This document shows positions 31,623-42,996 of a stretch of 64,000 nt of DNA, piece after piece. The stretch covers positions 21,291 through 85,290 of the forward strand of contig JBDRLW010000046.1 in assembly GCA_043812655.1 (NCBI GenBank), in the 5' to 3' direction. Origin of the DNA: a bacterium. GTDB lineage: Bacteria > Margulisbacteria > WOR-1 > O2-12-FULL-45-9 > XYB2-FULL-48-7. The position numbers and the translations under genes are program-made. The notes under the pieces are model-generated. The model searched no databases and was not told the DNA's origin. It saw only the letters and a program-made list of their open reading frames with translations. Numbering within the stretch: the first letter of the stretch is position 1; each line of letters opens with the position of its first letter.

Positions 31623-33263
31623 ATGGCAGCAAAAGAAATGATGTTTGGCGATGAGGCCTGGAGGAAGCTCGAAAAGGGCGTTTCCAAAGTGGCCAAAGCA
31701 GTGATGGTGACCTTAGGCCCACGCGGTCGCAACGTGGTCCTCGAAAAGAAATGGGGTTCACCGACAATAACGAATGACGGCGTGACGATCGCCAAGGAAA
31801 TAGACCTAGAAGATCCATATGAAAATATGGGCGCGCAGCTGTTAAAAGAAGTTGCGAGCAAGACCAACGACATCGCGGGTGACGGGACTACTACCGCGAC
31901 CGTTTTAGGTCACATTATATTTAAGGAAGGGTTAAAGAACGTTGTGTCCGGCGTCAATCCGATGGCGCTAAAGCGCGGCATCCAATCCGCGGTCGAAACG
32001 GCCATCGCCGAGCTGAAAAAGCAAAGCCGGCCAGTTGAGACCAAGGAAGCGATCGCCCAGGTAGCTTCTATCTCCGCTAACAATGACATGGAGATCGGCA
32101 ACCTGATCGCTGACGCGATGGAAAAAGTCGGTAAAGACGGGGTTATCACCGTTGAAGAGTCGAAAGGGATCGAGACTACCTTGGAAGTCGTGGAAGGGAT
32201 GCAGTTTGATAAAGGGTATGCTTCTCCTTACATGGTAACAGATCGTGATCGGATGGAATGCGTCTTAGAAGACTGCTTCATGCTGATCACCGATAAAAAG
32301 ATCAGCGCGGTCAAGGACCTGCTTCCCGCGCTTGAAAAAGTCGTCCAAGCGGGCAAGCCGCTATTGATTTTAGCCGATGAGATCGAAGGCGAAGCTTTAG
32401 CCACTTTAGTGGTCAATAAGCTGCGCGGCACGATCAATGCTGTTGCCGTTAAAGCTCCTGGTTTTGGCGATCGGCGCAAAGCAATGCTTGATGACATCGC
32501 GATCTTGACCGGCGGCGAGGTTATTTCCGAAGAAAAGGGTTTAACCTTGGAGAATGTTGAAGAAGCCTGGTTCGGTAAAGCAAAGAAAGTGATCGTCCGC
32601 AAGGAAAACACCACGATCATTGAAGGAGCCGGGACTGCTAAGGCGGTTAAAGACCGGATCGGCCAGATCAAGAAAGAGATCGACCTTTCTGATTCTTCTT
32701 ATGATAAGGAGAAATTACAAGAGAGATTGGCCAAACTTTCTGGCGGTGTCGCGGTCATTAAAGCTGGCGCGGCGACCGAAACTGAGCTCAAAGAAAAGAA
32801 ACACCGGATCGAAGATGCTTTATCAGCTACCCGTGCGGCAGTTGAAGAAGGGATCATCTCCGGCGGCGGTTCCGCTTTTATCCATATCCTACCAGCGTTG
32901 GCCAAACTTTTTGCCGGTCTCTCTGGCGATGAAAAAGTTGGCGCGGCGATCGTGACCAAGTCACTAGAGGAACCTCTAAGACAGATCGCGAACAATGCCG
33001 GCTGGGAAGGGTCTGTAGTTGTTGAACGGGTTAAGAAAGAAAAATCTGGCATCGGTTTTGATGCGCAGAAATTTGATTTCGTTGACATGTTCAAAGCCGG
33101 GATCGTTGATCCGCTTAAGGTGACCCGTTCTGCCTTGCAGAATGCGGCCTCCATTGCCTCTATGCTATTAACAACTGAAGTCTTGGTAGCAGAAAAGCCT
33201 GAAGAAGAAAAGGCCAAAATGCCGCCAATGCCTCCAGGTGGCGGGTATGGGGACATGATGTAA
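31623..33263 (+). CDS. groEL: Chaperonin GroEL
   Basis: [35 protein letters not shown]. Confidence 0.99.
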   Translation: MAAKEMMFGDEAWRKLEKGVSKVAKAVMVTLGPRGRNVVLEKKWGSPTITNDGVTIAKEIDLEDPYENMGAQLLKEVASKTNDIAGDGTTTATVLGHIIFKEGLKNVVSGVNPMALKRGIQSAVETAIAELKKQSRPVETKEAIAQVASISANNDMEIGNLIADAMEKVGKDGVITVEESKGIETTLEVVEGMQFDKGYASPYMVTDRDRMECVLEDCFMLITDKKISAVKDLLPALEKVVQAGKPLLILADEIEGEALATLVVNKLRGTINAVAVKAPGFGDRRKAMLDDIAILTGGEVISEEKGLTLENVEEAWFGKAKKVIVRKENTTIIEGAGTAKAVKDRIGQIKKEIDLSDSSYDKEKLQERLAKLSGGVAVIKAGAATETELKEKKHRIEDALSATRAAVEEGIISGGGSAFIHILPALAKLFAGLSGDEKVGAAIVTKSLEEPLRQIANNAGWEGSVVVERVKKEKSGIGFDAQKFDFVDMFKAGIVDPLKVTRSALQNAASIASMLLTTEVLVAEKPEEEKAKMPPMPPGGGYGDMM

Positions 33264-33271
33264 TTGGGTTT

Positions 33272-33290
33272 ACCCGCCGCGCAGGCGGGT
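33272..33290. other. GC hairpin after groEL (possible terminator or short palindromic repeat)
   Basis: ACCCGCC-gcgca-GGCGGGT with no strong U-tract. Confidence 0.4.
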
Positions 33291-33318
33291 TGACAAATAC
33301 AGCGACCAGCTGTAAAAT
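33290..33318 (+). promoter_or_regulatory. sigma70 promoter of the nusA-infB operon
   Basis: TTGACA(33290)-17 bp-TAAAAT(33313). Confidence 0.8.
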
Positions 33319-33328
33319 AAGTTCAAGT

Positions 33329-33358
33329 CGCAAAAGTGGGGTTTCTCCCACTTTTGCG
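33329..33358 (+). ncRNA. rimP-leader-like hairpin upstream of nusA
   Basis: CGCAAAAGTGGG-gtttct-CCCACTTTTGCG. The AGTGGG/CCCACT stem in the nusA operon leader resembles the rimP leader attenuator. Confidence 0.6.
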
Positions 33359-33388
33359 CTTATATGGGGTTTAGCGTGGAGGATTATT

Positions 33389-34498
33389 ATGAAAATTGAA
33401 CATTTTAATGAAATGCTTGAGGAAATCCAGCGGGAACGGGGGATATCAAAAGATGGCCTGGTTTCCGCGATCAAAGCCTCTCTTTTATCGGCGGCGAAGA
33501 AGCGGTTTAAAGAAGAAGACCAGCTGGAATGCCGGATTTCCGATGATGGGGAAGTGAAAATTTATCTTTTGGCTGAAGAAGGCGAAAAAGATGTTACTCC
33601 AGATGATTTTGGACGTTTTGCCGCCCAAACAGCAAAGCAGGTAATTATCCAACGGTTGCGTGAAGCGGAAAAAGAGGAATCATTCGAAGAATATTCAAAA
33701 AAAGCGGGAGAAGTTGTAACCGGGATCGTCCAACGCCGCGAGTTTGGCGGTTACCTGGTTAATTTAGGCCGCTTAGAGACGATCTTACCGATATCGGAGC
33801 AGATCCCGGGGGAAATCCTGCGGGAAAGGGACCGGGTTAAATTTTATCTGGTCGAGACGAAAAGGACGCCAAAGGGACCAATGGCGCTCATTTCCAGATC
33901 GCATCCCAACTTAATTAAAAAACTTTTTGAAATGGAAATCCCGGAAATTAAAGAAGGCATTATTGAAATTAAAGGGATCGTCAGGGAAGCGGGGAAAAGA
34001 AGCAAAGTAGCGATCTCTTCCAATGATCCTAACGTTGGGGCGGTTGGGACGTGTGTCGGCCATATGGGGCAGAGGATCCAGAATATTATCCGCGAAATGG
34101 GGCCGGAGCGGATCGACATTGTGGAATGGAGCGACAACCCTAAAACCTTTATTAGCAATGCCTTAAGCCCGGCCAAAGTCCAAAAAATTGAATTAAATGA
34201 AGAGGAAAAAATCGCTAAGGTCTCGGTTTCCGATAAAGACCTTTCTCTAGCCATCGGAAAAGAGGGCCAGAATGTCCGCTTGGCGGTAAAACTTACAGGG
34301 TGGAAGATCGATCTTGGCTCCGAAGCGAAACCAGCCGAAAGTGAAGAAAAAAAATCAAATCTTAAAGTCCACGAATTAGCCAAGGAACTCGATCTGACCA
34401 GCAGCGAGCTGATCGCTAAGCTTCGGGAGATGGGTTTCCAGGTTAAGGCGGCCAATTCGACCGTACCGGAAGAAGCAGTCAAACAACTGCGGGGGTAA
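33389..34498 (+). CDS. nusA: Transcription termination factor NusA with C-terminal IF2_N-like domain
   Basis: FGRFAAQTAKQVIIQRLREAE, S1 and KH domains, AIGKEGQNVRLA. GGAGG SD before ATG 33389. Confidence 0.96.
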   Translation: MKIEHFNEMLEEIQRERGISKDGLVSAIKASLLSAAKKRFKEEDQLECRISDDGEVKIYLLAEEGEKDVTPDDFGRFAAQTAKQVIIQRLREAEKEESFEEYSKKAGEVVTGIVQRREFGGYLVNLGRLETILPISEQIPGEILRERDRVKFYLVETKRTPKGPMALISRSHPNLIKKLFEMEIPEIKEGIIEIKGIVREAGKRSKVAISSNDPNVGAVGTCVGHMGQRIQNIIREMGPERIDIVEWSDNPKTFISNALSPAKVQKIELNEEEKIAKVSVSDKDLSLAIGKEGQNVRLAVKLTGWKIDLGSEAKPAESEEKKSNLKVHELAKELDLTSSELIAKLREMGFQVKAANSTVPEEAVKQLRG

Positions 34499-34499
34499 A

Positions 34500-36479
34500 A
34501 TGGGTAAAATAAAAGTCGGTGATTTAGCAAAAGAGCTAGGCGTTGCCAACAAAGATCTATTGGCCGCCTTAAAAGATCTCGGCGTCGCCGCTAAAACTTC
34601 GGCTTCCTCGATCGATGAAGAATCCGCTAAAGTTGTAACCGAGCTCCTAAAGCCAAAAGCTAAAATTGAAACACCTAAACCTGCGCCTATTCCTGAACCT
34701 ATACCTGTTCCTGTGCCTACGCCTATTCCCGTTTCAACCGGTAAAGAATTAACGATCGAAACAGAAGATATTTCGGTCAAAGAACTATCCGAAAAACTTA
34801 AAGCTAAAGCTTCGGAAGTGATCAAAGAGCTAATGAAAAAGGGGATCATGGTGACGATGAACCAGCGGGTGGCGGCAGAAGTGGCCAAAGAAGTTGCCAG
34901 CGCGCTTGGCAAAGAATTAGTTATTAAAGAAAAAGTTGCCCAAGCCTCAAAAGGCTTAATGAAGCCGATGACCGGGTCGCTTCGTCCGCCGATCGTGACC
35001 GTCATGGGCCACGTTGACCATGGAAAAACAAAATTACTTGACGCGATCAGATCGACTAAAGTGGCCGAAAGCGAAGCGGGGGGCATTACCCAGCATATCG
35101 GTGCTTACCAAGTTATGGTGCAAGATCGAAAGGTCACATTTTTAGATACGCCAGGCCACGAAGCTTTTACTGCTTTGCGAGCCAGGGGTGCAAAGGTTAC
35201 CGATATTGTTATTTTGGTCGTCGCCGCTGATGACGGAGTGAAACCGCAAACGATCGAAGCGGTCAACCACGCTAAAGCGGCCGGTGTACCAATTATTGTC
35301 GCGATCAATAAGATCGATAAGCCAGAAGCCAATCCTGATCGGGTCAAAACCCAGTTAGCTGAGCTTGGCCTGCAAGCCGAAGACTGGGGCGGAAAGACCG
35401 TGATGGTCCCTGTTTCGGCTAAAGCCAAGACGGGAATTGAAGAGCTCCTCGAAATGGTCCTTCTAGTCGCCGACCTTGGTGAATTAAAGGCCGATGCTAA
35501 TGCTAACCCGCAAGGGATAGTGATCGAATCGCGGCTTGATAAAGGGCGCGGGCCGGTAGCTAGCGTACTCGTGCAAAATGGAACTTTAAAAATTGGGGAT
35601 GTCTTTACTTGCGGCGCGACTTTTGGCAAAGTCAGAGCCTTACTTAGCGATAAAAATGCCCGGCTGGAAAAAGCGCCGCCATCAATGCCGGTCGAAGTTT
35701 TAGGTTTTATGTCTGTGCCAAACCCTGGAGATGTTTTAACCGTAGTACCAACTGAAAAAGAAGCCAGAACACTTGCTGAAAACAATAAAATTGCCGATGG
35801 GCATACCCAGCGCGGGAAGGTCGTTTCGCTTGAAGATTTCTCAAAACACGTTAAAGAAGGCGAAGGGAAAGACCTAAATCTTGTCCTCAAAGCTGATGTC
35901 CAAGGTTCGTTGAGCGCGATCGTCCAATCATTGACCGACCTAAAAATGGGGAACATTGGCGTTCATATTATCCACAGTGCTGTCGGTTTGATCAATGAAT
36001 CTGACATTATGCTGGCCAAAGCTTCTGGCGCCATTTTAGTTGGGTTTAATGTTGGCTATGAAGGCGGGGCAGAGTCAAAAGGTTCTGACGAAGGAGTTGA
36101 GGTCAGGTTATATAATGTTATCTACAAATTAATCGATGACGTTAAACTGGCAATGGAAGGTTTGCTTGAGCCGGAATTTGAAGAAGTTATCACCGGCCAT
36201 GCCGAAGTCCGCCAGATGTTCTCTTTCTCCAAGGTTGGCTCGATCGCCGGTTGTTTTGTCACCGATGGTAAAATGACAAGAGGGACCGGACTAAGGATCT
36301 TAAGGGATAAGAAGAAGATCTACGAGGGCAAACTTGAATCGCTCAAACGATTTAAAGAAGACGTAAAAAGCGTGGAGCAAAATTATGAATGCGGTATCGC
36401 TATCCCCGGTTATTCTGATTTCCAGAAAGGGGATATTATCGAGAACTTTGAAGTCAGAGAGAAAAAACGCCAAGGATGA
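34500..36479 (+). CDS. infB: Translation initiation factor IF-2
   Basis: GHVDHGKT, DTPGHEAF, NKID, two IF2_N repeats. Confidence 0.98.
   Translation: MGKIKVGDLAKELGVANKDLLAALKDLGVAAKTSASSIDEESAKVVTELLKPKAKIETPKPAPIPEPIPVPVPTPIPVSTGKELTIETEDISVKELSEKLKAKASEVIKELMKKGIMVTMNQRVAAEVAKEVASALGKELVIKEKVAQASKGLMKPMTGSLRPPIVTVMGHVDHGKTKLLDAIRSTKVAESEAGGITQHIGAYQVMVQDRKVTFLDTPGHEAFTALRARGAKVTDIVILVVAADDGVKPQTIEAVNHAKAAGVPIIVAINKIDKPEANPDRVKTQLAELGLQAEDWGGKTVMVPVSAKAKTGIEELLEMVLLVADLGELKADANANPQGIVIESRLDKGRGPVASVLVQNGTLKIGDVFTCGATFGKVRALLSDKNARLEKAPPSMPVEVLGFMSVPNPGDVLTVVPTEKEARTLAENNKIADGHTQRGKVVSLEDFSKHVKEGEGKDLNLVLKADVQGSLSAIVQSLTDLKMGNIGVHIIHSAVGLINESDIMLAKASGAILVGFNVGYEGGAESKGSDEGVEVRLYNVIYKLIDDVKLAMEGLLEPEFEEVITGHAEVRQMFSFSKVGSIAGCFVTDGKMTRGTGLRILRDKKKIYEGKLESLKRFKEDVKSVEQNYECGIAIPGYSDFQKGDIIENFEVREKKRQG
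34674..34733 (+). repeat. (CCTnnn)x10 hexamer tract encoding the Pro-X linker of IF-2
   Basis: CCTAAA CCTGCG CCTATT CCTGAA CCTATA CCTGTT CCTGTG CCTACG CCTATT CCCGTT. Confidence 0.75.
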
Positions 36480-36856
36480 GCAGGCCAGAAAAAGCCGCCG
36501 AATTAATTAGGGCCGAAGTCAGCAAGATATTAAGGGCTAAAGTGTCGGACCCCCGGGTTGGTTTTGTCAGTATTACTTCAGTAGATGTTTCCCCAGACCT
36601 TGAAAACGCCGCGATCTATGTTAGTATCTTTGGCGGGGAAAAAGATAAAGTGGCCGCGATGGCCGGCCTTGATTCCGCGACAAGGTTTATCCGCGGCGAA
36701 CTTGGCCGCCGGATAGAATTCCGCCAAGTTCCCCAGATCCGTTTTGTGCGGGATGATTCGCTGGAGAAGGGGAGTAATGTCCTAGGGATCATAAACAAGC
36801 TACATAAAGATGAAAAAACAGTTCGACCAAGTAAAAGAGCTCCTAAAAAAAGCTAA
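36476..36856 (+). CDS. rbfA: Ribosome-binding factor A
   Basis: DPRVGFVSITSVDVSPDL...PQIRFVRDDS. Follows infB. Confidence 0.95.
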   Translation: MSRPEKAAELIRAEVSKILRAKVSDPRVGFVSITSVDVSPDLENAAIYVSIFGGEKDKVAAMAGLDSATRFIRGELGRRIEFRQVPQIRFVRDDSLEKGSNVLGIINKLHKDEKTVRPSKRAPKKS

Positions 36857-37766
36857 GACAGTTATAATCGCGGCGCATGTTGACCCCGATGGCGACGCGA
36901 TCGGCTCAATGCTTGCACTGGCCGGCATTTTAGAAAAACTGGGGAAATCGGTTATTTGTTATTCGGCCGATAACTTCCCGAAAGTTTATCGATTCCTGCC
37001 TGGCGCGGACACGATCAAAAGAGAGATCCTCAATCAACAGCATTTTAACATGGCGTTCGTCCTTGATTCTTCCAACCTCGGTCGAGTTGGTGACAAGGTC
37101 GATCTCACCGAAATCACTAAAGTGATCGTTAATATTGACCATCATCCAGATAATACTAAATTTGGAGAAGTTAATATTGTTTCCAACGCTTCTTCAACTG
37201 GTGAATTGGTCTATGAACTGGCAAAAGCTTTGCAAGTAAAGATCGATAAGCCGATCGCCGAAGCGCTTTACACGGCGATCATTACTGATACCGGTAACTT
37301 CCGCTATGAAAACACAAGCGTCAAAACTTTTGAAATAGCGGCTGAACTTTTAAAGGCGGGAGTGGATACACATACGTTAACCGGGCAAATTTATGACCGC
37401 AAAACCATCGCTTCGATCAAGATCTTAGGATTAGCACTTTCGAATTTAAGGTTTTCGCCGGACAAAAAAATAGTTTGGACCGGCGTCAATGACCAGATGC
37501 TTAAAGAGACCGGGGCCATGGGCGAAGATCTAGTGGGAATTATCGATCATTTAAGGGCGATCGATGGGATCGAAGTAGCTGTATTGTTCCGGCGGAAAGA
37601 AAATAAGTGCAAGGTCAATTTCCGCTCCAAAGACAAAGCCAATGTTTCGCTTATTGCGAAAAGCTTGGGCGGTGGTGGGCATGTTAAAGCAGCAGGGGCG
37701 ACGATCGAAGGCGATTGTCACGACGTGGTAGAGCGCGTTATTACCGCGATCCAAAAACATCTTTAA
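36810..37766 (+). CDS. nrnA: DHH/DHHA1 phosphoesterase (NrnA-like)
   Basis: HVDPDGDAIGS, NIDHH, TDTGNF, GGGGHVKAAG. Confidence 0.9.
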   Translation: MKKQFDQVKELLKKAKTVIIAAHVDPDGDAIGSMLALAGILEKLGKSVICYSADNFPKVYRFLPGADTIKREILNQQHFNMAFVLDSSNLGRVGDKVDLTEITKVIVNIDHHPDNTKFGEVNIVSNASSTGELVYELAKALQVKIDKPIAEALYTAIITDTGNFRYENTSVKTFEIAAELLKAGVDTHTLTGQIYDRKTIASIKILGLALSNLRFSPDKKIVWTGVNDQMLKETGAMGEDLVGIIDHLRAIDGIEVAVLFRRKENKCKVNFRSKDKANVSLIAKSLGGGGHVKAAGATIEGDCHDVVERVITAIQKHL

Positions 37767-37770
37767 CCTC

Positions 37771-38499
37771 ATGGACGGAATCATTATTGTTAATAAACCC
37801 CAAGGCTGGACATCATTTGATGTTGTCGCCAAGATCCGCAATTTAACCAGGGTCAAAAAAGTTGGCCATTCCGGGACGCTTGACCCAATGGCGACGGGAG
37901 TTCTCCCTGTTTTCCTTGGCAAAGCGACAAAATCGATAAACCAATACTTGAATGGTGATAAGGGGTACGATGGGGAGATGGCCATCGGCGTCAGGACTGA
38001 TTCTGGAGATGCCGATGGTCAAATTCTAAATCCTAAATCCGAAATCCTAAACAATACCGAAATCTCAATATCAAAATCCAAAATAGAAGAAATATTTAAG
38101 AAATATGTTGGTGAAATTGAACAGGTGCCGCCGATGTTTTCGGCGGTGAAGATCAACGGCCAGAGGCTTTACGAACTAGCGAGAAAAGGGATCGAAGTTG
38201 AACGGAAAGCAAGAAAAATAACCATTTACGCATTACGCATTACGCATTACGATTCGCCCGACGCTACCCATCCACGCCTGACGTTTTCCGTCCTCTGCTC
38301 CAAAGGCACTTACATCCGCCAATTGGTAATGGATATTGGTGACGATCTGGGGTGTGGCGCACATTTATCAAAGCTGGTCAGGACTTATGCGCATCCATTC
38401 CATCTCTCGCAAGCGATCGATATGGAAACGATCGTTAACCTGGCTAAGATCGGGAAATTAGAGACAATTGTTTTACCATATGAAACTAGTAACAGCTGA
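37771..38499 (+). CDS. truB: tRNA pseudouridine(55) synthase
   Basis: KVGHSGTLDPMATGVL, QVPPMFSAVK, CSKGTYIR. Confidence 0.96.
   Translation: MDGIIIVNKPQGWTSFDVVAKIRNLTRVKKVGHSGTLDPMATGVLPVFLGKATKSINQYLNGDKGYDGEMAIGVRTDSGDADGQILNPKSEILNNTEISISKSKIEEIFKKYVGEIEQVPPMFSAVKINGQRLYELARKGIEVERKARKITIYALRITHYDSPDATHPRLTFSVLCSKGTYIRQLVMDIGDDLGCGAHLSKLVRTYAHPFHLSQAIDMETIVNLAKIGKLETIVLPYETSNS
38021..38084 (+). repeat. AAATCCN-type heptamer array inside truB
   Basis: AAATTCT AAATCCT AAATCCG AAATCCT AAACAAT accg AAATCTC AATATCA AAATCCA AAAT. Confidence 0.85.
38226..38251 (+). repeat. Perfect (TTACGCA)x3.7 inside truB
   Basis: TTACGCA TTACGCA TTACGCA TTACG, encoding YALRITHY. Confidence 0.9.
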
Positions 38500-39124
38500 C
38501 GAAATGGCGGAACTAGACCGCCATGCTATAAAAGACCTCAAAATCCCTTCTTTAACACTCATGGAAAACGCGGGGAGAGCTGTGGCGGACGAAGTATGCA
38601 AAATTCCGGAAATCCATAAGATCCTTGTCGTTTGTGGAAAAGGTAACAATGGTGGAGATGGTTTTGTTGCGGCCAGATATTTGGCCGAAAGAGGTTATGA
38701 GGTTGAAGTTGTTCTAATCGGTAATCGGGATGAAGTAAAGCATGATCCGAAGGTAAATATTGAGCAGCTAAAAAAGTTAGAGGCCAACAACCCCACACTG
38801 AAGTGTGGGGAATATACCCCAGACTTTAGTCTGGGGTTGCAAGCCAAAGATATTATTGTGGATTCCTTATTCGGTATCGGCCTAAAAACTGAATTAAAAC
38901 CGCCTTACATTGACATCATTAATCAATTAAATTCGACCGGCAAACCGATCATTGCGGTCGATGTTCCTTCCGGCCTAGACGCGACAACTGGCAAAGTCTT
39001 AGGCGCGGCGATCAAAGCGACCAAAACTGTCACTTTCGCGGCGGCTAAAACGGGGTTTTATAAAGAAGAGGGACCGGCGCATACTGGGGAAGTGGTTGTT
39101 GTAGACATTGGGATTCCATTGTAG
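38480..39124 (+). CDS. nnrE: NAD(P)H-hydrate epimerase (stand-alone YjeF_N)
   Basis: LMENAG, CGKGNNGGDG, VDSLFGIG, AVDVPSG. Confidence 0.93.
   Translation: MKLVTADEMAELDRHAIKDLKIPSLTLMENAGRAVADEVCKIPEIHKILVVCGKGNNGGDGFVAARYLAERGYEVEVVLIGNRDEVKHDPKVNIEQLKKLEANNPTLKCGEYTPDFSLGLQAKDIIVDSLFGIGLKTELKPPYIDIINQLNSTGKPIIAVDVPSGLDATTGKVLGAAIKATKTVTFAAAKTGFYKEEGPAHTGEVVVVDIGIPL
38788..38839. repeat. Inverted doublet of REP-like hairpins in frame within nnrE
   Basis: CCCCACACTGAAGTGTGGGG-aatat-ACCCCAGACTTTAGTCTGGGGT, bounded by CAACCCC...GGGGTTG. Confidence 0.88.
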
Positions 39125-41231
<2,107 letters not shown>

Positions 41232-41996
41232 ATGAAAGAAAAACTAAAACTGATTAAAAACTTACTAGAAAAGCGGAGCGCCAGGCGGAAAGAGAAGGCC
41301 TTTGTCATTGAAGGGCCGCATTTGGTGGAAGAAGCGGGGGAGCGGGTAAAATTTATTGTTTACAGTGAGAAGTTGCCAATCGTTAAAACGCTGGAAGAAA
41401 ATGGGACGCCAGCTTATAAAATATCAAAAGAACAATATGCCGAAATCTCTCGAGTGGAGACTCCGCAAGGTGTTTTGGCTGTAGTCAGAGAGTTTGGCTA
41501 TTCGTTTAGAGATGTATTGAAAGAGGACAAAAGCTTAATCGTTTTTTGCCTTGGGGTACAGGATCCTGGCAATCTGGGTACAATTATCCGTTCAGCCGAT
41601 GCGTTTGGGGCAACTGGAATCATCCTCTCTAAAGGAACAGTCGACCTGTATAATCCTAAAGTTATCCGCTCATCGATGGGTTCGCTTTTTCATCTCCCGA
41701 TCGTTACGACCGAGGACGAAAAAGAAACCATTATGTATTTAAAGGAAAAAGGTGTTAAAATTATTGCAACTGACGCGAAAGCCAGTAAGATCTGTTCGGC
41801 CGTAGATCTAAGTGGGCCGGTTGCGATAATTTTAGGGAATGAAGGGGAAGGGCTCTCTACTGAAATTACCGAAATGGTTGCGGAGTCAGTTAGAATTCCG
41901 ATGGTTGGGCAAGCTGAATCATTAAATGTTGGGATGTCGGCGTCCGTTTTGTTATACGAAGTTTTGAGGCAGGGGGATAATGCAGGAAAAAATTAA
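41232..41996 (+). CDS. TrmH/SpoU family RNA methyltransferase
   Basis: QDPGNLGTIIRSADAFG, GNEGEG, IPMVGQAESLNV. Confidence 0.93.
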   Translation: MKEKLKLIKNLLEKRSARRKEKAFVIEGPHLVEEAGERVKFIVYSEKLPIVKTLEENGTPAYKISKEQYAEISRVETPQGVLAVVREFGYSFRDVLKEDKSLIVFCLGVQDPGNLGTIIRSADAFGATGIILSKGTVDLYNPKVIRSSMGSLFHLPIVTTEDEKETIMYLKEKGVKIIATDAKASKICSAVDLSGPVAIILGNEGEGLSTEITEMVAESVRIPMVGQAESLNVGMSASVLLYEVLRQGDNAGKN

Positions 41997-42996
41997 ACAA
42001 ATTAAGGAAGAGGCTTTAAGAGTTATCCAGGCGGCAGGAAGTTTAGCTGCGCTTGACGATGCTAGGGTTAAATTTACCGGTAAAAAGAGCGAGCTACTCG
42101 AATTATTAAAGTCGCTGGGAACTTTATCGGCTGAAGAGCGGCCAATTGTCGGGGCTTTGGTTAATGAGACCAAAGGATTGATCGAGCAGGCGCTAAGAGA
42201 AAAGAAGATCGTCCTTTTACAAACGGAACAAAAACAAAAGATCGCGGCTGAAAAGATCGATGTTACTCTGCCGGGAAAAGGGATCAGGCGCGGCCATTAT
42301 CATCCGCTAACCCAGGTGATGGAAGAAGCTAAAGGAATATTTTTGCGGCTTGGCTTTGAAGTAGCGCAAGGGCCCGAGATCGAAACCGAATATTATAATT
42401 TTGATGGCTTAAATATCCCGCCGCATCATCCATCGCGCGATATGTGGTCGACTTTGTTCATTAAAGATAATTTACTTTTGCGGACTCATACATCGCCTGT
42501 CCAGATCAGGGTGATGGAAAAGAGGAAGCCGCCGCTGGCGATCATTGCCCCTGGCCGGGTTTTTCGCCGTGATTACGATGCGACTCATTCACCGGTTTTT
42601 CAACAGCTGGAAGGATTCCTGGTTAATGAAAATGTGACCTTTGGCGATCTCAAAGGGACTTTGACCGAATTCTTGCGCCAAATGTTTGGCAAAGACAAAA
42701 AAGTTCGCTTCCGCCCGAGTTTTTTCCCGTTCACCGAACCATCGGCCGAAGTCGATGTTGAATGTGTTATGTGCAATGGTAAAGGTTGCCGGCTCTGCAA
42801 AGAGACAGGCTGGTTAGAAATTTTGGGCTCGGGGATGATCGATCCTAATGTTTTTAAAGCGGTCGGCTACGATGCGGAAAAGGTCAGCGGGTTCGCGTTT
42901 GGCATGGGGATCGACCGGATCGCGATGCTCAAATACGGAATTGATAATATCCACTTGATGTATGAAGATGATGTTAGATTTTTGGAGCAATTTTAA
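41980..42996 (+). CDS. pheS: Phenylalanine--tRNA ligase alpha subunit
   Basis: LRTHTSPVQ, FRPSFFPFTEPS, GFAFGMGIDR. Confidence 0.98.
   Translation: MQEKIKQIKEEALRVIQAAGSLAALDDARVKFTGKKSELLELLKSLGTLSAEERPIVGALVNETKGLIEQALREKKIVLLQTEQKQKIAAEKIDVTLPGKGIRRGHYHPLTQVMEEAKGIFLRLGFEVAQGPEIETEYYNFDGLNIPPHHPSRDMWSTLFIKDNLLLRTHTSPVQIRVMEKRKPPLAIIAPGRVFRRDYDATHSPVFQQLEGFLVNENVTFGDLKGTLTEFLRQMFGKDKKVRFRPSFFPFTEPSAEVDVECVMCNGKGCRLCKETGWLEILGSGMIDPNVFKAVGYDAEKVSGFAFGMGIDRIAMLKYGIDNIHLMYEDDVRFLEQF

Noticed and set aside
33290..33388. TTG-initiated N-terminal extension of NusA in the ORF track
   Set aside because: The TTG is the -35 box. The SD-supported start is ATG 33389.
34674..34733. IF-2 Pro-X hexamer tract as part of the heptamer system
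   Set aside because: Period 6 is codon-phased and Pro-rich linkers are common in IF-2. Uniform CCT use is only suggestive.
34376..35956. Long antisense ORFs opposite infB (also opposite rnfC, ntpA, groEL and galT)
   Set aside because: These are shadow ORFs of conserved genes, with no motifs or RBS.
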